Assembly (NCBI GenBank): GCA_034780895.1
Contig: JAUZTB010000127.1
Coordinates: forward strand, 68,708,503-68,772,502
Reading direction: 5' to 3'
Length of the DNA: 64,000 nt
Origin: Rhynchobatus australiae
Lineage: Eukaryota
Shown here: positions 25,443-37,648 of the stretch, piece after piece
Position numbering within the stretch: position 1 is the first letter of the stretch
Layout: the number at the start of each line of letters is the position of its first letter
Notes under the pieces: generated by a model
Told to the model about the DNA's origin: nothing
Databases searched by the model: none
Seen by the model: only the letters and a program-made list of their open reading frames with translations
Translations under genes and position numbers: made by a program

Positions 25443-26688
25443 GTAAATAACAAGTTTGTTTATTGTACACAATAGAGATGAATTAACTGGAGCAATAGTT
25501 GGGGCTACTTAAATTTGTATGACCATACCTGGACTAGGGTGGAAAGAGAAATCAACAAGGACTTTGTGCTATTGTCTTGATCAGTGTAAGAGGACAGGAT
25601 TGAATTCAACCATGATAACTTTCATTGTCAGGAATTTAAGGAATCAACCAAAATTTCCTCCTCCACAACTGAAACTCTTGACTCCTTGCAGCAGTGTAAT
25701 CCACCACCACTGATCAGCCTGTGATGTCTTGTTCCAGTAAGCAGTTCATGCGTGAGCTGAAAATGTGGTTGTCAGTGGGCAACTGACAGCAAGAAAAAAA
25801 ACTAATTATTTGTGTACACTTTTGAAGAAGGATTGAGATATTTCGACAGGGTTTTGTTGGCTTTATTGGAGATTTTTCTGCTCTTGCATCATATCCAGTT
25901 TTTCTATTCTGCAGTGAAAAGGGACTGCGAGCAGCCATAGCACATTCTCTGCCATTCAAGTGAAATTGGTGAACAATCGTAGGAGGGGAAGATTTGGCTG
26001 ATCTATCACACCTGGTCTAGCTTTAGGTTTGGGTTTAGTTAGCTTTGTCAGAAATTGTTGGCTTCCTGATGCTCCAANNNNNCCCCTCGAATGCTTTTCT
26101 TAACTTCTTCCTAGATGCCATCCAGCTGAATTCAATCCTAAAAGCAGTTGGCTCTCTGTGATTTACTTCAATTCATTTATCCTAAATTTGGGACATTTTG
26201 TTTTTAAAATTAACCCTGTAATTTTGTTCATGTATGAAGAAATACTAAGAGGTTATGAGGGCAGATACATGAGGGACGTTTAAGAGACTCTTAGACATGA
26301 ATGGTAGAAAAATGGAGGGCTATTTGGGAGGGAAGGGTTAGATTTATATTAGAACAGGATAAAATGTCAGCACAACATTGTGGGCCGAAGGGCCTGTACT
26401 GTGCTGTATTGCTCTATAAAGATACCTGTAATTAGAAAAAGCTCTTCCCCATGAGCAATAACTTAAAAGCATAAATTTAACTCCATTAATTAGGGGACTG
26501 TTGCATGTGTTCCATTGATCTAAGAATACAGATTCCTACTAGCTGTTCTCCAGATAACACCATTCTTCCTTCAGGAATATTGTCATTTGCTGTTAGCAGC
26601 TGCAGCTCCCTTTTCTCTGTTATGTGTCTTCCATCTGCACTTTAAAGCAGCACTGAGCGACTTAATTATCTTTGTATTTTTAATGTAG

Positions 26689-26853
26689 CAAACCATCCAT
26701 TGAAAAAGATGGGTCACGGAATGGACAGCCAAGAGTATCCAACACAATGCGGAAGCTATTTGAACCAAGTAATCAATCATTAGCCAGAGAAGGTCTGATT
26801 AAACATTGTCTAGCAAAACGTGAAAAAGAATTTGTCGACTATCAAGATTTTAG
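26689..26853 (+). CDS. OCRL: OCRL exon 8: [54 protein letters not shown](R)
   Basis: tgtag| ... ag|gtctgt; NTMRKLF and REGLIKH-LAKREKE are conserved with human. Confidence 0.95.
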
Positions 26854-26919
26854 GTCTGTACAGACTACCTTATTATATGGGATTGAAAGGCTGTTAATGC
26901 AAGAGTTCAGAATTTAGAG

Positions 26920-27745
26920 TCATAGAACCATACAGCACGGATACAGGCCCTTTGACCCAACCAGTCCATGCTGACCACTGTTCCCACCCAGCTAGTCCCA
27001 ATTTCCTGCATTCGATCCATATCCCCCTAAGCCCCAGTCCTCCATGTGACTAAGTGTTTCTTAAATTATACTATTATACCTGCCTCAACCACTTCCTAGG
27101 GAAGCTCATTCTATATACTCACCACCCTCTGCATGAAAATGTTGCCCTTCAGATCCCTTTTAAATCTTTCTCCTTGCTCTGAACCTATGCCAGCTCGTCT
27201 GGGGAAAAGATAGCTTCCATCCACCTTATCTATACCTCTCATAGTTTTAAACACTTCTATGAAGTTGCCCCGATTCTCCTAGGTCCCAAGGAATAAAGAC
27301 CTAGCCTGGCCAACCTCTCCCTATAACTCAGACCTTCTAGTCCTGACAACATCCTTGTAAATCTCCTCTGCACTCTTTCCAGTTTAACCACGTCTTTCCT
27401 ATACTGGGGTGACCAAAACTACACAGTACTCCAAATGTGGCCTCACCACTGATTATACAATTGCAATATAATGTCCCAGCTCCTATACTCTGTGCCCTGA
27501 CTAATGAAGGCCAGTGTACTAAACACCCTTTTCACCATCCATCCACCTGTGATGCCACTTTCAACGAACTATGCACATGTACTCCTAGGTCCCTCTGTTG
27601 TATTACACTCCCTAGTGCTCTACCATTCATAGTACAAGTCTTATGCTGGTTTGACTTTCCAAATGACCTCGCACTTATCTGTGTTGGAATCCATTTGCCA
27701 CTCCTCAGCCCACTGCCCTAACTGATCAAGATCCCCCTGTAATCT
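26920..27745 (-). mobile_element. CR1-type LINE, 3' about 0.8 kb
   Basis: Tail catagaaccatacagcacgg..acaggccctt; the minus strand carries remnants of WQMxFN and PHLEYCVxFWSP. Confidence 0.8.
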
Positions 27746-28582
27746 ATGATCATTTCAATTAATTTCACTAATATTCATGGTGTGTTAATTTTTATCCCAT
27801 CAATTTAGATTTGCTTTATTCTGAGAACTCAAGCACACTGTTTATTATCTTGGAAAGTAAGAAATCATAGTCAAACAAATCTGAACTGCAGTTACTGGGA
27901 TTCATTTGATGGGACATCTTCAACCAGATGTTGCCAAATAGGACTTAACTGGTCTAGCTGATTTTCATTGATTTCTTTCTGGGGTGCCATGTTCCTATTG
28001 AGTAAAAGCATTGGTCTTGTATTTTAACAAGGATTTGCAAATGTTGTAGTATTCAAATTCTAATTACTTTTTCAAAGAATCTGTCTTCTGCCCTGAGCAA
28101 AGTATATTTAACTAGCTGTTGGCTCTTGATCCTCAATTTGTTCTAAATGTTACGTTTCCCATATAAAAACTGCCTGCAACCCACTAATGTCTTGTCCTAA
28201 TTCAATGTTTTTAATTCCCTATTCTTAAAACACTGTATTCTGTTGGTCTATTTTTCATCTAACTTTTCTCAAAGTTTGATGCGGATAAATCTGGCGCAAC
28301 ACCTATGCATCTTTTAACCGAAGCCGCCATAGTAGGTGATATGCATTGTACCTATAAATGTATAATATTTCAACCCGTTTAGTAAGTGATTTAAGCCTTC
28401 TGCTTTAATATAATTGAGGATTTTGGCATCTCAGCCACATTTAATACCTGTGGATTTAGCTGTCATAGCTTTCAGGATGTGTGAACAGAATTGTTTATTT
28501 TGAAACAAAATGTCAAATTGTGATTTAGGAAGTTAATTGTAAATTTTGGCAAAGAATTACATGAATGGTTATCTGGCTTCAG

Positions 28583-28684
28583 GTTTTTTATTGGCACCTG
28601 GAATGTAAATGGACAGTCTCCAGATTGTAGTCTGGATCCCTGGTTGGCTGCTGATACACACCCACCCGACGTGTACTGCCTGGG
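28583..28684 (+). CDS. OCRL: OCRL exon 9 (5-phosphatase start): [33 protein letters not shown](G)
   Basis: ttcag| ... gg|gtaaga; 102 nt; TWNVNG motif. Confidence 0.97.
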
Positions 28685-28804
28685 GTAAGAGATGCCAAAC
28701 TAAATTATTACAATCCAATTTGCAACTTCCATATAAAAACAAAAGTTACTTAAACTTTCAATATATTTTGATTGGGCTGTTCACTTGAATTACTTGATTT
28801 TCAG

Positions 28805-28919
28805 TTTTCAGGAGTTGGATCTAAGTACTGAAGCCTTCTTTTACTTTGATTCTTCCAAGGAGCATGAATGGTTGATTGCTACAGAAAGAAGTTTGCATCA
28901 TAAATCTAAATATAGCAAA
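28805..28919 (+). CDS. OCRL: OCRL exon 10: [38 protein letters not shown]
   Basis: ttttcag| ... aaa|gtaagt; 115 nt; [14 protein letters not shown] is identical to human. Confidence 0.97.
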
Positions 28920-28984
28920 GTAAGTTAATACCTCTACAAAATTAGACGACATCTGATGCCTAAATATTTTAAGTTTCAAAAGTA

Positions 28985-29284
28985 CAGTAAAGCTCTGATA
29001 ATCCACGCTCCAACTATTTGGGAATTCTGGTGGTTTGGCATATGGCTCAGAGGTGATGTGTCCTACTCTGCGCAGATGCTCACTGGGGCCTGGGATTCCC
29101 ACACTCCCTATAACTTTCCTGGGTTCGCTGGAAAATTCATTACACTACTGTATAAAATCTCAAAAATAAGGCAAGTTCAAAGCACATTGGGGTATTAATT
29201 GGGAATAACATCCAAAAATTGGGAAAATCTGACAGTCTAGCACTACCAGTGTCTAGAGGATGCTGGCTAATTGGAGTTTTACAG
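28985..29284. mobile_element. Tigger-like MITE
   Basis: TA target sites on both sides; imperfect TIRs cagtaaagctctgataatcc ... ggctaattggagttttacag. Confidence 0.7.
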
Positions 29285-29539
29285 TAGTTATTAACAAAAA
29301 TTCAAATTAACTTTTACTTCTTGAAAGACTTTTTGGGAGAAACATACCCTTTATCTTCTCTTGACCCATTGTCAGCAAATAAGAACAGCCTTAATTGTCA
29401 AACAATAGTGAAGTTTCTATAAGTTATAATATTTAAAATATTAGAAAAATAAATCCTGACCTTGAAATGCATAGAGCTTTTTTTAAATCAGTTTTAAATT
29501 TTTATTAAAAGCTTTGAATTAAGAGAGCCACTCAAAAAT

Positions 29540-30430
29540 CAGAAAAGTTGCAGCATGCATTGAGGCCATTTAGCCTGTCAAGATCTTACAGTTCTATGGA
29601 AGAGCAATCCAGTTGGTCTCACTGCCTTCCCTTTTCCATTATCCCTGCAAATTCTTTTAGATAGTTCTCCTGTTGAATCTGCCTCCACTGCCACTGATAG
29701 CAGTGCATTCCAAATCCTAACCATTGGTTACACAAAGTTTTTTTAATGTCTCTTTTGGTTCTTTTGCCAACTCCCTTCATTCTATGTCATCTGGTTTTGG
29801 AATCGGGGAACAGTCTCTCTACATGCTGGTTCTCGACTAATCATGATTTTAAATACTTTAATCAGATACTCTCTCAACCTCCACCCTTTAAAGGAGAATA
29901 ATCTCATCTTCTCTGGTCTCTCCCTATAACCAAGACCTTCATTTGTAGAATCATTCTTGTAAATCTTTTCTATATACTGCTTAGGACTTCACATATTTCA
30001 CAAGGTATGGTGTCCAGAACTGAATATAATTGTATCTTGAGCTGTGCATTCTGTACAAAGCATTAATTGATTTGGTGTCTAAATTCTCAAGGTAACACAG
30101 GCAGAATAGCAGTTTGGTTTGTTTTTCACAATGCAAGCTTGTTCTTTCACTCTATGCCTCTATTTATAAAACCCAGGGTTCTATGTTTTCTTAGCACATC
30201 CTCAACTTATCCTGCACTTCCAAGGATCTTTGCACATACACTACACCCTGTCCCTTCCCTACTTTCAGATCTGTTATACCCATTTAGAATTGTTCCTGTA
30301 GCATGTATTGCCTTTCTTATTTGCAATTTCCTGTGTTGAATTTTATCCTCCATATGCCCACTCACTCCACCTGTTGGTTGACACCTCTTGAAATGTATTG
30401 CTGTCCTCTTCAGTGCATAATGCTTCCACA
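29540..30430 (-). mobile_element. Old CR1-type LINE 3' fragment, interrupted by the exon-12 copy
   Basis: gaggccatttagcct tail, gaatctgcctccac, tccagaactgaa..; the LINE text appears to resume after 30140 (tctatgcctctatttataaaaccc). Confidence 0.65.
30051..30140 (+). pseudogene. Decayed partial copy of the intron 11/exon 12 boundary (31229-31319)
   Basis: gcattaattga..gtctaaattctca..g..aaca..gg...agcagtt..g.tttgt.tttcacaa..caagctt; translates GNTGRIAVWFVFHNAS against [16 protein letters not shown]. Confidence 0.85.
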
Positions 30431-30739
30431 TTTTGTCACTTGTAAATTTGGATATGAAATTGAAGAATACAATTTCTTGAATTTACCACTTTTCACCAGA
30501 TTCTGGCTGCTCAAGAATCTAGAGCAAATCACTGAGCTGTTTTTGCAGTTGGAAAATGGCCTTGCAATGATAGGGAAAGGATGAAAAATAAAGTATAATT
30601 TCTGTATTTGTTTCCACTTCTCCATTTCCAAAGATGATATTGCAAAATCTACTGTTACATTTCATTTGTTTTGGCGATGTGATTCAGAGACTCTCATAAA
30701 TGAAAACTGTATTTTGATGTTATATCCTTTCTGTTTTAG

Positions 30740-30955
30740 GTGAAGCTGGTTCGATTAGTTGGAATGATGATGATTGTGTTCGTGAAAAAAGAACNNNNNN
30801 NNNNNNNNNNNNNNNNNNNNNNNNNNNNNNNNNNNNNNNNNNNNNNNNNNNNNNNNNNNNNNNNNNNNNNNNNNNNNNNNNNNNNNNNNNNNNNCTTAAA
30901 GCACATAAGAGATGTGGAAGCAGAGTCTGTAGGAACAGGAATTATGGGAAAGATG
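30740..30955 (+). CDS. OCRL: OCRL exon 11, interrupted by an assembly gap (30795-30894): VKLVRLVGMMMIVFVKKE[x]LKHIRDVEAESVGTGIMGKM
   Basis: ttttag| ... atg|gtaaga; 55+61=116 sequenced nt against 117 needed for frame and human length. Confidence 0.93.
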
Positions 30956-31269
30956 GTAAGAACTAAATTGGCAATATCCTGGAAGATGCACACCTGGAAT
31001 GTCACAATCTGTGTTTTCTCCAGCTGAAATAATTGGCTTGCTAGCACTCCTATATAAAAAACAAGTTTCTGTTTACAAAGACTGTCTATCCACAGAAAAA
31101 TGATTTCTTTATTCAATAATTTAGAGAAGAGGCATTAGACTGAGTTAAAAGACTAACTGATTCAATGCATACTACTGGATTATAAAATATTTTCATTACG
31201 TTATTCTTTACATTATTTGCACAGAACACTGTATGCAGCATTAATTGATGTGGATGTCTAAATTCTCAG

Positions 31270-31457
31270 GGAAACAAAGGTGGAGTAGCAGTTCGATTTG
31301 TCTTTCACAACACAAGCTTCTGCATTGTGAACTCTCACCTTGCTGCTCACGTGGAAGATTTCGAGAGACGGAATCAGGATTATAAAGATATATGTGCTCG
31401 CATGAGTTTCCAAGTGTCCGAACATAATCAGCCTTCTATAAACATTAGTAAACATGA
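31270..31457 (+). CDS. OCRL: OCRL exon 12: [62 protein letters not shown](D)
   Basis: ctcag| ... ga|gtgagt; 188 nt; GNKGG and NSHLAAH motifs. Confidence 0.97.
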
Positions 31458-33077
31458 GTGAGTATGAAAAAGAGCTTGAGAAATATCTGCTCATGGGGAC
31501 CAAGTGTTAGTGTTGATCAAGCCTATACCTGTCTGTTAGTGTAAAAACAGTCTGTGTGAACATGTATGAATTTTGTACTCTAGTCTCAGATGAACATACT
31601 CTTTAACATCCATTACACTTGTTGCATCGTCTCTGGTTCTGGTTACCAGTTTAAACAGTTTCCACAAGAAACTGGAATGACACTCCCAAAGCTGATCCTA
31701 TTTTAAGACCTATATAAAGAGGATATTTTGTTTTTGCCACTTTCATGTGGTTGCTTGTATTGAGCAAAGAAACAAACTGGAGCAAATTGTTGCTTATCTT
31801 GTCCTTTCAGGCAGTAGTGATCACAGTTTGGGAAGCATCAAAGAAGCCTTGGCAAGTTGCTGCAAGGCACCTTCTAAGTGGCCCATAGTGGGGACAGAAG
31901 ATTTAAGATGGTGATATGACAATCATGCCGGATGCTCTCTGATGCATGGCACAGAGCTTAAGGGTTGTTGAACCTGCATCAGTCCAGACAAATGGGGAGC
32001 ATTCCATTATGTTCCCAATGTGCATTGGATGAGCATATAATTTTTTTTAAAGTATACCTATTCAAGTTTCCAGAATATTATTTACTTGTGCTTAGTGAAA
32101 CAATTCTGCTTCCATGATCAAGGCTACACTTAATTTTATATACTTCATAATGTTCATAAAATGCAGACAGCTGAGCAGCAAACACTTAATATTTGGGTAC
32201 CCAGAGCCCCATTGGACAATTATGGATTTTGCTCTTGCACAGTTCTGTTCAGAATTCCATGCAATGAAACAGTTTGTTTGCTTGAAGCAAAACGTGAAAT
32301 ATGTTCAGACTTGTCATACACCACACTAAATCCCTGCTATTAACATCTGGGGTCACCATTGACTAGAAACTGCTACTAAAAAGTGTGGCTAAAAGAGCAG
32401 ACTGGGTGTGTAACTAATCCATGAGTACTCAGAACCCTTCCATCAAGGCACATTGGGAGCATGATGGAATGCCCTCCATTTGTCTGGATGGGTGCAGGTC
32501 CAGCAACCCTTGAGCTCTGTGCCATGCATCACCACATATGGCTAGATTGCTGCACTATTCACCATCTGAAATCTTCATTCCCCACTATGGACCACTGAGA
32601 AGGTGTGTTGTAGCAACTTACCAAGGTTTCTTTGGTGCTTCCCAAACTGTGATCTCTGCTGCCTGAAAGGACAAAACAGGATAAGCAACCATTTGCTCCA
32701 GTTTTTTGCTCCTCTATATAAGCAGCTACGTGAAATCGCCGCCACTTGCAGGTTCTATTCCAAGTCTCCCTCTCAAATATACGGCTGTTGCTTCTGCAAC
32801 ACTAAATCAAAATCCTACTGTTTCCTGTCTACTAGCACTGCCAAAGTATTTTCATTCTGGGCTGCCATCTTTTCAATACTATTACAGATGGGCAATAAAT
32901 GCTGGGCTTGCTGGTGCTTGCTATATCCCCTGCATGAATAAAAAACATGAATCAAGCACTTATAAGATTACCCCCATGCACTATGGAAAATTTTACTGGT
33001 AATGGTTTTGCATCTTTCCAAAGCAGTTGCAGAATTTTCTGACCTGACCTTTCACAATTTGTTCATATTTGTCCTAG

Positions 33078-33189
33078 TGTTGTTATTTGGCTTGGAGACC
33101 TGAATTACAGACTCTGCCTCCCAGATGCCAGTGAAGTGAAGGCACTGATAGAGAAGCAAGAATTAAGGAAGCTATTAGAATATGACCAG
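33078..33189 (+). CDS. OCRL: OCRL exon 13: [37 protein letters not shown]
   Basis: cctag| ... cag|gtaaga; 112 nt; catalytic motif WLGDLNYR. Confidence 0.97.
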
Positions 33190-33912
33190 GTAAGAGAATA
33201 TTTGTGCTTGCAGTTAATTTATTATATGAAAAATGAGCCTTTTAATAATTTCAGTGAATCAATAAATCTGTTAATTATGTGGTATTTTAACAAGTTTTGA
33301 TTTTGTTTGGTACAGGTAATTTAATATCATTACTCTAAGAACTCCAAAAATAATAGACAGGGGTTTGGGGTATACCACAACACATTTCAATGTTTAATGG
33401 GAACATTTGGAGTACAAGTACAAAATTTGAAATTTGGGCAGTTAAATGCATTTCAAATTTGAGTCAGATCACTATATTCAGTTTTACTGTAAGTTATCAT
33501 GTTTTTGTCTTCCAAGTATTTCAGTGTTAATCTTTTTTGGGTTCAGGATATCGCTTATGTTGGCAAGGTAACATTTGCTTCAAAAACATTTTTAAGCACG
33601 TGAAGGGGAAACTGCATCCTGCTAATTCTACAAAGCACCTATTAAATCTTTAATATTTCCCAGGACAGAAAAGCCCATATTTGGGTTATATAATTGTGAT
33701 ATTCAATATCTTCTCTCCATATCAGTAATAGAACCAAAAAAATATATAGCACAATACAGACCCTTCGGCGCACAATGTTGTGCTGACCTGGATAGTGGAT
33801 AGTAATGGATAGCATTACATGCATTCTTCATTTTAGCTTTCTCTAGAAACGTGACTTTTAATATATGGATAATATTTAATTATTACGCAATTGTTTTCTA
33901 TCCTACTTTCAG

Positions 33913-34022
33913 CTGAATATTCAACGCAGGACTAAGAAAGCTTTTGCAGACTTCAGTGAGGGGGATATTCATTTCAGACCTACTTACAAATATGATACTA
34001 AATCAGACCGATGGGACTCGAG
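33913..34022 (+). CDS. OCRL: OCRL exon 14: [36 protein letters not shown](S)
   Basis: tttcag| ... ag|gtaagt; 110 nt; PTYKYD motif. Confidence 0.97.
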
Positions 34023-35730
34023 GTAAGTAATCTGGATAAATATATTTATTACTGAGACTATGTACAATGAAATCTAGAATCATAAGGTGATTTCCATGTA
34101 GATAACTTTATGAAGCATTTGGTTAAATATTGTAGCCAACAATTTTCACCTTGCACTTGGGNNNNNNNNNNNNNNNNNNNNNNNNNNNNNNNNNNNNNNN
34201 NNNNNNNNNNNNNNNNNNNNNNNNNNNNNNNNNNNNNNNNNNNNNNNNNNNNNNNNNNNNNACCTTGCACTTGGGGATCTGAATGCAAGTTGCTTTAATC
34301 TTAAGAAGTGCGTTGCTCCAGTTACCACTCTCATTCATTTTTGTTTTATTGACACCAAGACCTTCTGTAAACCAGTTCAATTGGGTAGGATTTTGGAACA
34401 CTTTTTTAATGCAAAATTTATTTTGAAGCATGCTAATGAATACAGTTTGATTACTAGAGCTCAAAATAAGTTAATCAGTGTGTCATGTTCACCATTTGTT
34501 CTAAATAACTTGAGTGGGGAGGAGGGGAAGAAACGGGATGGAATAATATACCACTTATATTGATCTGCTGTGGTCACTTCATAATCTTAGCAAAACTTTT
34601 AAAACATGCTTATTAATGTCCATGATGTTCCAGTCAAACGATCACATTATGTGGGAACTCACCATGGTAATTAATTTAATCTGCTGGTGTTAGTTTCACA
34701 GGTGGGGGGCCTTCTGTTTATACATTTTTAAAAACTACCCTCAAGTTCATAGGAACTCTGCTTGAAATTCAGTGCCACCAATTGGAAGCTCGTGTCTGCC
34801 ATTTTCTTTTATACAATTCCAGCTTGGTATTGCTTGTTCACTTCGCATTGACTTTTGTTAAATTTATCACCCTGATAATATCTTGCACTCTTGTTACTGA
34901 CATTTCACTTCCTCACTATTACAATAGAAATTGGATTGAAATGAGATGAGTTTTGATCCAAATCCCAATGTGTACCTAAAACATTAGCTATTAATTGGAA
35001 CTAATTTATTTTCTCTCACTTTGAGACGATAGGAGGAGGAAGCAAATTCTCAAAAAGATATAACTCCCTGAAATCTGGGATAATGCTTTGCTCTCATTTT
35101 GTATTGTTTTGTATTAACCAATACACAGGAACAGTGGATGCTTGCATTGTGAGCTAAAGGCATTGACTATGAAATAATCTGCATCAATGCAAAGCTCAGC
35201 CAGATATTCTGTTTAGTAAAAATTTTATTTTATGTAAGTTTTACAAATACATGCGAGTTTAAATTTTGATTTCTGTTCCTGTAATTACCTGTTTTCCATC
35301 CATCTTTGTCATTGTCCTATGTTAAAAGGAAATGTTGCTGAATGATTCTGAATTACAGCCGATTTCTGTTCAGGAATTTATTTTTTTTCCCCTCACCAAA
35401 CCAAAGGTCCTGCAGTTTATATTGGGTTAGAATTTATGTTATAACTTGGCTTTGATAGCCAACTTTGGAAAAGCCTTTTTAGTTTAAATTGTGTTTGCTG
35501 GATTTAGCAGAGAAGTTAGTACCCTGTTTATTCACCTCTTCAAAAAATCACACCATCCACAAAATCAAGAAAATAAAAAACGGCTTGATGCAGCAGAGTC
35601 TCCTAAACTGATTTGAAACAGATGGAAAAAGGTGGGCACATTGAATGTTTTCAGTGATTAGTCTGTATTATATTTTGTTCCAAGATTGCTAATACACAGC
35701 TCCATCACACTCATTGTTTCTCCTTGGCAG

Positions 35731-35866
35731 TGGCAAATGTCGTGTCCCAGCCTGGTGTGACAGAGTCCTCTGGAGAGGTGAAAGTGTACGGCAGAAATGT
35801 TATCGAAGTCACATGGAGCTTCGAACCAGTGATCACAAACCTGTCAGCTCACTCTTGGATATTGGG
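35731..35866 (+). CDS. OCRL: OCRL exon 15: [45 protein letters not shown]
   Basis: ggcag| ... ggg|gtatgc; 136 nt; PAWCDR and SDHKPV motifs, also visible in ORF 35714..35929. Confidence 0.97.
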
Positions 35867-36233
35867 GTATGCTTCCCCACCACCCACCAATTGCCCCCCC
35901 CCCCCCCCGGCTCAGAACTTAGTATTTAGAATATTCATCTACCACTGCATAACAGTGCTCTCTTCCAAATAAAACAATTTTCAGTCACAAGCCAAATCTC
36001 CCAACACATTGCAATATACTGAAAGAAATAGCACATCATTTGCTTACAGATCTTGGCATCATTTGAAATTTACTGAATGTGTCCCTAACACTTGCATTGA
36101 GATTATTAATAAAAATAGAGCACCAGTTCCAACACCAATCCATCTATAGCTGCTTTCTGCCTACCAACCAGTTTTCAATCTAGCTCAATGCCTTGCACAC
36201 TAGAAGTTCTGATCTTGTAAAGATAAGACATCC

Positions 36234-36456
36234 TGATGAACAGATGCCATGTCATTTCTCCTTCCAAAATTGAATAACAGCCATTACAGCAAGCAATAGC
36301 TAAGGGTAGAACCTTGTGAAGGATATCTCAAACCCAGTAAGTAAACTAAGGCTAACACACCACGTACTACTCTATTAATAATGTTGTCACAGATCATTGA
36401 CTTGATTTGTACCTGGAGGTCATTTTGCTTTTGTCCTTGGACTCAATACCTAAAAT
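36234..36456 (+). pseudogene. Decayed partial copy of the exon 17 3' part plus intron 17 start (38432-38658)
   Basis: Close match over about 220 nt; 4-nt deletion and TGG>TAG; donor ccca|gtaagt retained. Confidence 0.93.
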
Positions 36457-36687
36457 GCCAGGCATATTGCTTTTTGAGGAACAGGAGTTCTCCCCGCAGA
36501 TCAATAATTATCCCTCAATAGGCATCATTTATGTGATATTAATGTATTTGTTATCTCAGTAATGGTTGTAAAAATATTAGTGTACATGATCATGCTTTAA
36601 TTGGCTGCAAAATATTTGGGTTACCTTAAAGTTGTAAAAGAAAGTATGTAACTGAAAGTTTTTTCTTCAGGCTTAACATACAATTAT

Positions 36688-37469
36688 TGTGAGTGAGAAA
36701 ACAGATTAGATGGGTCTCAAAAGCAAGAACTGAACATAGTCTGGCAGATTTTATTTACAAAAGATGAGTGTGGGAAAATGGTAACAGGAATAATGTGCAC
36801 AGTTTATAGCAAATGTGGGAAAATCGACTGGGGATAAAATACACACATATACACAACAAACTAGGTACATACAATCAAGGAAGAACAATACAATACCTGT
36901 CACCCCTTGACTCAGTGCAGGCACGGCTCAGTGCTACTAGGGACACTAACTAAAACGCTCCCAACCCTTCAACAGTGCACACCTCACCAACTATTTCTCC
37001 ANNNNNNNNNNNNNNNNNNNNNNNNNNNNNNNNNNNNNNNNNNNNNNNNNNNNNNNNNNNNNNNNNNNNNNNNNNNNNNNNNNNNNNNNNNNNNNNNNNN
37101 NCGCTCCCAACCCTTCAACAGTGCACACCTCACCAACTATTTCTCCAGCTCCGTTCCACGGTACTTGGCCTGGAGTGAAGCAGGGTGGTCCCTCGAAGAT
37201 GGCAGAAGAAAGCAAGCCGAGCACATGTGGCGCCCTTTATGGTGCTGGAGGGTCTAGCCCAGGTAATTTACAGGGGGCCAATGGCTCGGTGCCAGCAAGG
37301 ACTAATTGATTACTAAAGCCAATGGCCCAAGGCCAAATACAAAGTNNNNNNNNNNGCCAGTGGTCACGTGTGCGCTGATGGGTGGGGCAGGGCCAAACCT
37401 TGATTTGCAGTGGTGTCTTCTGACTGGGTAGTGGGCAGTGCTGTCACATGACAGCCACGACCCTCCACA
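36688..37469 (-). mobile_element. Probable solo LTR
   Basis: GC-richer block with TG...CA ends, a minus-strand AATAAA near its 3' end, CCAAT and GC-box-like motifs; atacaat occurs near both flanks. Confidence 0.5.
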
Positions 37470-37537
37470 ATACAATAGTGCATATTAGATTTTGTTGCCA
37501 AGTGAAAGATGAAGTTATAGTTTCCTTTCTCCAATAG

Positions 37538-37648
37538 GTGAAAATTGTAGATGACCGCAGGTACAAGAAGGTATTTGAAGATATTGTTCGAGTGATGGAT
37601 CGAATGGAAAATGAGTTCTTGCCTTCTTTAGCTCTTGGTGGGAGAGAT
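37538..37648 (+). CDS. OCRL: OCRL exon 16: [37 protein letters not shown]
   Basis: caatag| ... gat|gtaagt; 111 nt; matches human VKVVDERRYRKVFED...MDRMENDFLPSL. Confidence 0.97.
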
